64,000 nt of DNA from Sphagnum compactum (taxonomy: Eukaryota): contig OZ234493.1 in the NCBI GenBank assembly GCA_965153455.1, forward strand, positions 24,852,213 through 24,916,212, given 5' to 3'. A model generated the notes under the pieces. The model had not been told where the DNA came from, made no database searches, and saw only the letters and a list, made by a program, of their open reading frames with translations. Within the stretch, counting starts at the first letter, position 1, and each line of letters starts with the position of its first letter. The translations under genes were made by a program, and so were the position numbers. Positions 54,001 through 64,000 of this stretch are shown here, piece after piece.

Positions 54001-56288
54001 GGATGTCAATTTCTCACCTGTTCTTGAGAATGGACCACAGACACCCACAACTTGTACACAATCATCATCTAATTACAAGGTGTAAACTTGAACTCAAGTC
54101 TTAGAAAAGTGTACTCTTCTCTAAAACAGTTACCTATTGAGTTTCAGATTTTGATTTTCTCTTGAATCTAGTGAACCCCAATTCATTCATAATTGGTTTG
54201 ATTCTTGAAAGGATTGAATAAAATTTCAAACCCAAACTCAGTTTATTCATATGATGGAGTTTCTGAGCAAATTGTAAAGGAAGGAGGAGATTTCCTTACT
54301 TCAATCAAGATTTTCTTACTCTTTCTTGAGAGGCACTGATTTTGAACAAGCTTGTACTTGATAATTGCAAAATGTCAAGCAGGTGGCAACACATCAGCCT
54401 CATCTAGATGACAATCTAGTAAGGTCAATTTTTCATCAAACTACCTTGAAGTTAAGTCTAGCTTAAACATGTGAATTAATGTGCGGCAATGATTGAATTT
54501 GCATGAGACGTTTCCATGGTTGATGAAAACTATCAAACTGACATGTTTACTTTCTAATGCTGAAGTCATGAGAAATTGTGGACCCTTTTCAGTTGAATGT
54601 CTAAATAAGACAATTAAAAATTGTTACCATGGGCTTTCAAAGTCTATTTGTGCCCACAATACTTCAGCATTTTGATGATTGCATAAAAATTTAACATCAC
54701 TTCAAGTATTCCACAAAACTTTCTCAATGTTGTTCTATTTTCAGTATTATCTTCATCTGTGAAGTGGGTATGACGTGATCAGGTGTTTGGGTGGAAAAAA
54801 AGGATATTGACATTGAGGAAAAGTTTGGAGAAAGATCTGCACTTGCAGCTTGTGGCACGCACAGATCGGCGAGAAAGATGGCGGTCATGTTCTCCCTTTT
54901 CTGCAGAAGTAACTTTCAACAATTACATCCTTAAGAAGTGTTCTCTCTACCGTCCTTGAATTTGGATCCACATGCTTCAACAACTCTAATATTTAAAATT
55001 CTCAAGTTTGATCCCTCCACACCCCCCCAAAAAAATTGGATTGACATGTTGAACTCGAGAAAATATTCTGAAGATTTGTTAAAACCGTGTTCTTAGAGAG
55101 GGAACTCTGTTACATGTATCAAGCCAATTTGCTATGTAATTTTTGTGAAAATATGGCAGGTTGCAAACAAGATGATGGAACGACTAGATAAATTTGGAGG
55201 CCGCCAAAGTCCTAGCAATAACTCCGACATTTGGTAGTTGGCTACCACTCTTTCCTTTTCATCAATTGTGGTTGACCATTTGTTGTTATCGTTTTCCAAA
55301 GTCCATAAAAGCAGATGTGCTAGGACTGCAATCACTTGGTTGGCAATATTGGCAGGAAGAGTGCAGATGTGCATCACAAAATGCTGCCACAGAAACAAGT
55401 GCAAATTGAGACACAAATAAATAGCATTCAAAGATTTTATGACCGAGTGTGTACATTCACATCCCATCTACCAAGAGCTGATCCTCTCATGGATGTTTTC
55501 ATCGAGTTCATGAAAAAGTAAGTAAACTTGTTTCTTGTTTACAAATCATTTTGTAGACACACAAAACTTTTCCACACTCTCTGTCCAGAATCGAAAGTGG
55601 TTACAATAATCCTGCTTTATTTTTAAATAGTATTTAGTTTTGTTGTGGTCACTAGCAACACGACACTTTTCACTAAAATATTGGTCTCCACAATGGTTTT
55701 GCATAGCTTCAATCTCAAATAAAAAGTCCAATGATTTGTTCATGGGTGTTGATCTGCCATTTGTTCGAATCCTCACATGTATAGGTACTATTAAATTGAA
55801 ATGCATGATTATTCTTCATTGTGAAAAAATCCATTTAACCTTTGACGAGTGGCGGGTTGTTGCACCAGCCACTTGGAGGAAGGTGGGGTGATGAACCCAA
55901 ATATGTTGTTGAGCCTTTGTAAAAGCCTTGCTAGACTCCCAGGTACACTATTTCAATTGAATTGTTAAAAGCATTGACATGAATTATTATTTGTGAATAA
56001 TTTTTTAATAGTATAGAATATCTGTTTCAGGAAATAAAAATATTTAGCTCAATTTGTACATAAGAGTTCCACGCTTGCACAAATTGTGTGATTCTCTTTC
56101 ACAACTTACCATTGCATGATAATAAATTGGTTCATTTCTTCATTTCAGAGCATGTTGTGAACCTTGGACACATAACATCCGTGTTTCCCATTCTACAATT
56201 CATTGGCAAGGAACTACATGTCACATCCATCATATTCAGCAAAATTATGCAAGACTCTGGTCTAACAAGATCAAATATTGATGTTTAG
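51039..56288 (+). CDS. Multi-exon gene for an uncharacterised protein (~528 aa in best model)
   Basis: Phase-consistent GT-AG chain: 51039-51212, 51376-51494, 51693-52015, 52216-52238, 52480-52561, 52721-52772, (53168-53295, 53919-54053 less certain), 54783-54883, 55160-55233, 55356-55517, 55869-55942, 56149-56288 (TAG). The last five exons join without stops: VWVEKKDIDIEEKFGERSALAACGTHRSARKMA|VANKMMERLDKFGG...|KSADVHHKMLPQKQVQIETQINSIQRFYDRVCTFTSHLPRADPLMDVFIEFMK|NHLEEGGVMNPNMLLSLCKSLARLP|EHVVNLGHITSVFPILQFIGKELHVTSIIFSKIMQDSGLTRSNIDV*. The 5' end and middle exons are uncertain. Confidence 0.65.
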
Positions 56289-56514
56289 TGCTACGATTGT
56301 GAACACATTTGAATATTTACATGGTATTTTGAATTTATGTGGTCCTTCATGATTCCATATGTTATAATGAAAAAGAAAAGCTCTTTTGCTTGCTATTGTA
56401 TCTACATAGATGCTTTTGTTCAATCCATTGTTCCATTCATATGAATATATGAGCAGAATTATTAAGCAAAAACGCGAGTATAACAAGAATAAGCATCATA
56501 GTGAGCTCGTCATA

Positions 56515-56970
56515 AGCAAGAATGCAAGAGTAAGATTAAGTATAAGCATCATGGTGAACATATATGATGAACAAGAATGCAAGAATAACATTAATGATAA
56601 GCATCATGAGCACAAAACATTAAGCATTGAGCAAGAATGCAAGAGTAAGATTAAGTATAAGCATCATGGTGAACATATATGATGAACAAGAATGCAAGAA
56701 TAAGATTAATGATAAGCATCATGAGCACAAAACATTAAGCATTGAGCAAGAATGCAAGAGTAAGATTAAGTATAAGCATCATGGTGAACATATGATGAAC
56801 AAGAATGCAAGAATAAGATTAATGATAAGCATCATGAGCACAAAACATTAAGCATTGAGCAAGAATGCAAGAGTAAGATTAAGTATAAGCATCATGGTGA
56901 ACATATGATGAACAAGAATGCAAGAATAAGATTAATGATAAGCATCATGAGCACAAAACATTAAGCATTG
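56515..56970. repeat. Near-perfect tandem repeat, 4 copies of 115/115/113/113 bp, embedded in a more degenerate array running to ~57440
   Basis: Unit starts (AGCAAGAATG) at 56515, 56630, 56745, 56858 and 56971. Each unit is a dimer of two subunits sharing CAAGAATGCAAGA(G/A)TAAGATTAA...TAAGCATCATG. Confidence 0.95.
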
Positions 56971-57499
56971 AGCAAGAATGTGAGGATAATAATAAGGTCG
57001 AGTACAAGCATCATGAAGAGCAGGTCATGAGCAAGAATGTAAGAATAAGATTTGACAATGGCAAACATCGCGAGCAAGAATGTCAAGAAAAAGATTATGA
57101 GCAAGAACGTAAAGAATAAGATTTGACAACATTGAGCATGATGAGCAAGGATGTAAAGAACATAAGGGTTGACAATGGTAAGAAGCATCACAAGCAAAAG
57201 ACAACAATCCCAAGTAACAAGAATGCGACAAGAAGAAGATGGAGGATAACATTGAAATCGTGTGAACCACCCACTCGATCAACAAGAATGGCACTGGCAA
57301 TCGCCTTTTCCTAAGAAGATTGATGAGCAACAGAATAATGTTTATTGAACAAGAAGAAAAATGTAAGAAAAAGAACAAAAGAATTTGACAACAATAAAAT
57401 TACTAGCAAGAATTGGAGAGAATAAGATTTGAGAGCGATTTCATGAGCAAACAAGGTCGAATGGCGATGTCGTTGTTGGTGAGTGGAGGAAGCTACTAT

Positions 57500-59090
57500 T
57501 ACCATTTGTAGAGAGGCGGAGGAGCTTGAGAATGAGGAAGAGAAGTAGGACGTTGTGCAACCACAAGGCCCACGCATATGCACAGGAAATCGTGCACTCA
57601 GTCACCAAGTCTGACATCCGAGGCTCTGCTCTGCTCAGAGATCGTAACTGTGGTGGGCCGGCCGACTTACGTACCCGCTCCCGTCAGCAACTGAGCTCCG
57701 CTCCTGCGAACACGCAATTTGATTGCTGGAGGGCAAAAGAGAAACAAGCTCGCTCGCAGGAAATTTCATGGCTGGAGGAGGGGGGCAAAAGAAAAAGAAA
57801 CAAGCTATTGGAAGGCGCGGTGGTTGAGCAGTGGTGGACCAGGCAGGGGCAACCTTGAGCGTCAGCGATGTCGCTCATCAGCGTCCAAATCAGTCGCTGG
57901 ATGGTCGGCGAGCTTTGTGGCCGGGACCGGCTAAGTTCTTCTTCTGTTGTGCATGTGCGTGGGCTTTTTTAGACCTGCTGCTTGCTTGCTTGCTTGCTTG
58001 CTGCCCGGGAAAGGAAGAAAAAGGAGCCTTGAAAAAGGCCGAAAAGAGAAGCGACGGTTCAAATGCAGTTTGGTGGGTCCGGAACTGAAGAGAGCTGGGA
58101 AATTGGGCTTGTATCGTTGGAACAAGCAAAGAAAACGTTGGTGGTGAGCGAATGGCGGGATTCCGTATGAATGGTAGAATTTTTCGCAACAAAAATTCGT
58201 TACGCCTGCCAGATTCTCTCTCTCTATCTCTCTCTCTCGTTCGTTCCACGGACGAGGGAGCAAGGAAAAAGAAAGGAAGAGAAAGAGGAGGAGAAGGTTT
58301 TCTTGGCGTGTCACGCTTGCCAAGTTGCCTCTTTTACCGTTTCCGAGTTTCTTCTGTTCTCCTCTAGGCAACCTTTGTTTCTTTCTTTCCCCCTCGTTGA
58401 TTCCATTCAAGATCTACAAGAATCATTCTAAGTATTTTGGGCAATAATAATGTTTCTTCTGCATTTGAGGTTGCGTGTTTCGCAGTATTGGATCGATCGT
58501 TTCCGTCAAATCCCACGAGTTCTTTCTCTTCCCATGTGAAGAGAGGATTTGGAGCCACAGGAGGAAGTGGGGTTTCTCGTCGCTCCTGATTTTCAGGTTG
58601 CGTGTGCGTTGCAACGTTTTTGTTTTTGTCTTTATGTCACTCCTCGTGTTTGAAGGGATCTTGACTTGGAAGTCAAGGGCTTTGTGTGATTTTCACGTTT
58701 GAGTTTTGCAAGTATCGCGAGCAATTGGAAAGAGCGTGTTTTCTTTTGGGTGGGATCTGAGATCAAAAGAGGAACAGTAGTGGAGACTCAGGTGTGAGGG
58801 AGGAGGAGGTCAGAAGCATGGAGCAGTAGTGTCAGGAGGTTGCTTTTTCAATTCTGAAGATGGGTTTTCGTGATTCCCGGAAATTTTGTCTCGGGATTCC
58901 GAAAGAGGTGAATTGCGTATGCTGATGAGAGAGAGTGTACTCGTGTTGCGATTCATGGAAATCCAATAAAAGACACACAGTGGTTGCGAGGAGCTGTTTT
59001 CAGTTGAGTGTTGTTGTTCGATTTCCACAACGCAACACTCTGTCTCGTTGAGAGAGAGAGAGAGAGAGTGAGAGAACGCTGAAAGAAAGA
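57500..59090. promoter_or_regulatory. CpG-rich promoter/5' leader region upstream of ctpA, possibly bidirectional
   Basis: Sharp rise in GC and CpG, with (CT)n, (GA)n and (GCTT)n runs typical of plant 5' UTRs on both strands. Confidence 0.5.
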
Positions 59091-62000
59091 ATGGAAGCAG
59101 TTCCGGTGGTGCCTCATTTCGGTGGTCTCTCAAAAATCGTCTGCGTGGACCACCAAGCACAGAAGGTGAAAGTCTTCCACAGAAACTTTCTTGGCAGCAA
59201 ACTTGTGAGCAGCTATGGCAACAGCAGCAGCAGCATGTTGTTACTAGATAATGGTCAGCATTTATTGAGATCTTTTGGAGCACTAAGTAGGAGGCGGAAG
59301 CATCGGCCTGTTGCAGCAACTGCAAGAAGGAAACAAGATGATGCCCAGTCAAGATACACTCCACCTGTCAAGGAAAGAAAATCAGATTCTTGTGGACAAA
59401 AGCTTCTGCAGCAGGCTTTTGAGAGTGCTACCAGTACAATTCTTGCAACAGGAGCAGCTGCTGCAATTCTCTTGCAGACCTGCTCGTCTGCAGCAGCAGA
59501 GAGCCTAACGGTTACGTTTCCAGGATCCAGCATTGGGGAGGTACATACAACAACCCACAAACTTGTTTTCTCCTCCTTGCATGCCTGCATGTTTGTCAAC
59601 ATGTGTACATGAGGGTTGGTATGTGTTCGATTCTTCTGGGGATCATGAATTGTAATGAAATGATGCTGCAGGTGAACAATGTACAGAGGACTTTGGTTGA
59701 GGCATGGGGTATTGTGCGAGAGACATATGTGGATCCCACCTTCAACAATCAAGGTTCAACCACTTTAGTGCCCACAATTTGCTGCCAAATTTTGTTTGTC
59801 AGTCCCAGAGCTAGCTGTCTATGTTGTTTAGACAGAGTGAAAGACACTTGTGCAAACACTAACATTTTTTTGTGCTCGAATAGTAACACCTTCTTCATGG
59901 GGTCCATCCTCAAGCAGATTGGGATCTGAAGTTGGAAGAGGTATTGGGAGAGACTTTGTCATTGAAGACATCAGATGCTGCATATGCCAAGATCCGCAGC
60001 ATGCTTGCTACCTTAGGGGATCCTTTCACACGCATTGTCAATCCTCAGGTACAATACCTCTTGGTTGGTTCATCATTCCTTTGCAATTTTTTCTCTTTTT
60101 GCCACTTCAATTCATATCCTTGCTTATATTTGAGGCTAAAGTTGTACATATTCTCATCCAAGCGTGAGTTTAAAAAGACTTAGATCTCAGAAGAGTTTGC
60201 TATTGCAGGAGTATGAAAGCTTCCGTATCAGCAATGAAGGTGCTTTGGAAGGAGTGGGCCTTCTTATTGCATCAGACCGCAATTCAGGCCGTCTGGTACA
60301 CCTGCAACTGAGCTCTCGCATTTGAAATGGATATCATTTATTACAGATGTCCAGATTTCAAGAGAGTTTCTTTGGTCCTGATCTGAAAATGGGTGGAGCT
60401 TTTTGTCTAAATTTTTTTGTGGTGTATTGTCAGAGTTTTGATTTTTCAGAGTATTACACCATCTGAGGTAGGCAGACTCTTTGATCTTTGCAGGTAGTGC
60501 TATCACCCATAGAGGGTGGTCCTGCTGCTCGTGCAGGTATAATTTCAGGGGATGAATTGGTGCAGATTGATGGTAATGAGCCTCTTCATATCCTTTTCCA
60601 CGATTGTCATGTTTTAAAGTTATGGGTGGTACAACATTGTTTTGATTACTTAACCATGGATTCTTACTGCCTAGAAAGGAGTAGTAGAGTTCATGAATAA
60701 GCAGTTGTGCTTCCTCTAATTTTGAGTCAGAAGATGTGTGCTTTAAGTCTCAGCTGTGCCAAAACATAGGGCTGTAGAAAGGAGGTGGTACCTTAAAGGA
60801 TCCAGTGAAGAGCCTCTTGGCAGTCATGTTTGATCTTGGCAACATTCATTCTGAACCTCTTCTGCATGCTAACTGTGGGAAGTGTGATTATTAAATTGCA
60901 GATCAAGCATTGGCAGGGATGAATAATGAAGAAGTGGCAACCAGGCTTCGGGGGCGTGCTGGCACTTCAGTTACTTTAAAACTGCGACGTCCTGTATGTT
61001 ACGTACAAATCTACCTGTACATAGATGAAGATGATACATTTAGATTTTAGTAGACAATGTCAGTGAGTGAAGGGACTTGTTTCGTGATTAATCATGTTTG
61101 TGTTCCCACATTATTGCTTGTGTATAGATTGTCTCTGAGGTCAAACCCTCATCTTCAGAATATCACAACTCCTGGAAATTTTGTATGCAGACAAATGGAG
61201 TGACTGCCACAGGCCTCACTGAGCTTACAGAAGTCAAGCTACAACGTGAAACGATTATGTTGTCTCCAGTTTTTTCAGCAATCATTCATCATGTTGCACC
61301 TGATGGTCACGACTTGAAAACTGGTTACGTTCGTCTGTCAGCATTCTCTCAGGTAGGAATGCCTACCTACCAAGATTGACCTACTGGATTAAGTATAAAC
61401 AATGTAGAATGTAGAAAGGTTTATAAATCCCTTTTCTTCTATATGCAGCCCTGTGTACATTCCTTAACTCCATTGGGTCAGACTTAGATTTAAAGCTTGT
61501 CATAGGACCTTCCTGCAAAGAAATCCAACTGGTGTGACTGATTGTTGTGATTGCTATCATTGCTTGTGTGGATGTTGGAGTACTTCAGAATGCTGCTGTT
61601 GACATGGAGAGGACTGTTGCAACAATGGAGAAATCTGGGGTGGATTCATATATCCTAGACTTACGCAATAATCCTGTAAGTATACCTTACCCTGTTGCTG
61701 AACACCAAATGCTCCTATTTGCTAAGCACCAGTGCTGCAGATGTAGGTTTCATATGTAGGCATGAGTGACAAGCCAATTGTTCAGGGAAGTTTGTGGACT
61801 CAAGAACTCAACTTGATGCTAGGTATCTAAGTAAGAAATGAGTTCTTTTTCTGGGGACAGGGTGGGTTGGTGAAAGCAGGGCTGGAGGTAGCACAGATGT
61901 GGCTTGACGGTGATGAGACATTAGTGAACACTATCGATCGCAATGGCTTCCTGCAGCCCATCAACCTTATTGATGGCCATGCATTAACACATGATCCATT

Positions 62001-62671
62001 GGTGGTGCTTGTCAATGAGGGGAGTGCAAGTGCAAGTGAGATTTTAGCTGGAGCCTTGCATGACAATGGACGTGCCATTCTTGTTGGTCAAAATACATAT
62101 GGCAAAGGAAAAATTCAGGTGAGAGCATCTGCCTTCTTCGACAGACGATTGGCCTTTTGGTGAGGTCTTCAGTATTCCTCAGTACAAGTAGTCAATTTGC
62201 TCATGCATTACACTCTGTGGACAAATATCTTTGTTCATACAGATGGTTTAGCATGGGCTAGGTATTTTCATATGGCAGCTGCCCTAAGGTTATTAGTCAG
62301 TTCTCTTGGGTGTGTAGTATTCAATGTTGAAGTTCTTTTGTCTTTTCAAACCAGCAGTAAGAAGTTCAACAATTGTTGTTTAGCATCTTCTGTCATGTGG
62401 GTTTTGTCTCTAGGCACAATAGATCTAACTGACGACCAAATTGTTGCAATGACAGAGTGTAACTGAGCTCCGAGATGGTTCTGCACTCTTTGTGACAGTA
62501 GCCAAGTATTTATCTCCTGCACTGCACCAGATTGATCGTGTAGGCATTGCACCAGATGTGAAATGCATTCCTGGAGACAACATTTCAACCCCAGTCCGCC
62601 CGAGCTCAGGCCCCCTATTGGAAAGTGATGCCTGTATTATGTTGGCGCAACGCCAATTGGACCTCCACTGA
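59091..62671 (+). CDS. ctpA: Chloroplast carboxyl-terminal processing peptidase (peptidase S41A, CtpA family; closest in my recollection to Arabidopsis At3g57680/CTPA3), 10 exons, 547 aa
   Basis: Exons 59091-59540, 59672-59753, 59918-60048, 60209-60295, 60494-60572, 60902-60993, 61191-61352, 61589-61675, 61861-62118, 62456-62671. All introns are GT-AG and in phase (1644 nt). The N-terminus is transit-peptide-like with a hydrophobic AxA lumenal signal (SSAAA-ES). Family motifs: QRTLVEAWGIVRETYVDPTFN, MLATLGDPFTR, PDZ (GVGL...SPIEGGPAARAGI), YILDLRNNPGG, catalytic Ser (GSASASEILAGAL) and Lys (TYGKGKIQ), VTVAKY. Confidence 0.96.
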
Positions 62672-62857
62672 TTTAAAACCAGGTTCAATGTTATTACAAC
62701 TGTAAATTAGATTTTTTTCGGGGGGCGGGGGGATGTTGAGGCACACACCCTTAGTGTGAATCAAGTCTTGGTCACAGGTTTAGTTCTGTTAATTGGGGTT
62801 AACGGGATATTTGATCTGTATGATCTGGTCATCATGCATTGCTTTGTAAATAGTCAT

Positions 62858-63890
62858 TCATTTGTTAAGAGTGGGATTCACAGGCTGCAGTCTGCAATCA
62901 TAGTGGTAAACACTGTGTTTGCCAAAACTAGAGATTATTATGCAGCTATGTACATTTTTACAATTAATTGTGATTGGTGATTGATTTTCAGTATTGGCAC
63001 TGTTTGGTGAGTTTAAGCAGCCACAGCTGTGTTCACCGCTTTCAAACATTTTATCCAACTGCTTCTTTGAGTCATCATTTTGGTGTTTCCTTCTTTTCTG
63101 TCTTGCTGGCTCACAGATAGAAGGTTTTATAAGATGCCAATTTTGGCCTGTTGGATGTTTAATCGATTCACAATGGCACGAAAGAATTGGCAGCTGAGAA
63201 GATGTGAACTTTGAGAGTTTGGAGTTCAACACAGGTCTGTGTAAATAACTTCCAGTTCTCTTCAAACTTGTTGCAGAACACCCATCTTCTGTCGTATCAG
63301 TCCAAAGCTTAGACAATCGCACATCAGTGTTGCTCCTTTTCTCACGAGATGTTCCAGGCTTTGTTGAAAGTTCTGTTTTGACCTCCATATACAAATCTTC
63401 AAGGAGACTTGCACAACAGTGTAAGCAAGCAAACATATTGATGACTGAAAGTTTTGCTCTGCAATGTAGCATACCCCTATCTATCTTGTTTCATGCTTAA
63501 AGGAGAGCTGCACAGAGTGGAGCAAAACAGCAAATCATGTCTGAAGTTTTGCTCTACAGTGTAGACCTACCTCATTGTCAATGCTTGAAAGAAGACTTGC
63601 AGATTTATCTGTGCATTGTGAATTCAGGCTAAAGGTTTTTTTAATATATGCTGTGGAAAATTGTGGGACACTCTGAAATGGTGATTTTGTACAGTGCCCG
63701 AGTTTCAGATTCCTCGAGAATGTCAGAAGCCTTTTCTGGCGATTTCTCAGATTCTCTGACATGTTCAAGTAGGAGAAGGATCTAAATCTTTCTAACATTT
63801 CTCACAGAAAGTTAGCTCAAGGAGGCACTTGTAATCAGCTGCTTGTTTCAATTTCCAACAAACCCGTGAGGAAGCCAAGGATGTGTATTC
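62858..63890 (-). other. Coding-like minus-strand region convergent with ctpA (3' part of a neighbouring gene or a pseudogene)
   Basis: ORFs 63535-63798 and 62858-63472, with donor GAG|GTAGGT at 63570. I could not splice them into one open frame and recognised no family. Confidence 0.3.
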
Positions 63891-64000
63891 TGCATGTTGT
63901 CCATTACCATGTTGGTATTTACATCTTTTGATGTTCATAATAATCAATAAAATAATTTTAAAAAACCCTCACAAATGACATAACAAAGAGAACCCAAAAG

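Noticed and set aside
56410..57378. ORFs with repeated peptides (EQECKSKIKYKHHGEH etc.)
   Set aside because: These are translations of the 113-115-bp tandem repeat; the unit length is not a multiple of 3.
58810..59752. Minus-strand ORFs of 184 and 165 aa
   Set aside because: Antisense shadows of the ctpA leader and exons 1-2.
1..64000. rRNA, tRNA, telomere arrays, intact transposase or reverse transcriptase genes
   Set aside because: I saw no recognisable signatures by eye. tRNAscan-SE, Infernal and a TE-protein search were not run.

Overview
Eukaryotic plant nuclear DNA; the repeat landscape and intron style suggest a moss, possibly Sphagnum (inference only). Bases 1 to ~36.8 kb are a very AT-rich, CpG-poor, gene-free tract of decayed transposons. 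It contains a solo-LTR with a 5-bp TSD, CACTA-type and other MITEs, fold-back hairpins, and 11/22-bp and 20-21-bp satellites. From ~36.8 to 41.5 kb there is a band of less decayed, hairpin-rich elements. Spliced genes occupy ~42-64 kb. (1) A + strand gene (CDS 43971-48408, ~444 aa) encodes two PTM/DIR17-like Tudor domains plus several AT-hooks. (2) A + strand multi-exon gene (~51039-56288, ~528 aa in my best model) that I cannot assign to a family and that the ORF track shows only as fragments. (3) A complete 10-exon chloroplast C-terminal processing peptidase (S41/CtpA family, At3g57680-like; 59091-62671, 547 aa). There is also a young 113-115-bp tandem repeat, a possible divergent antisense transcript, and a degenerate minus-strand coding-like region at the right end. 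I saw no rRNA, tRNA, CRISPR array or prokaryote-type system. All exon models were assembled by eye from GT-AG sites and phase consistency.
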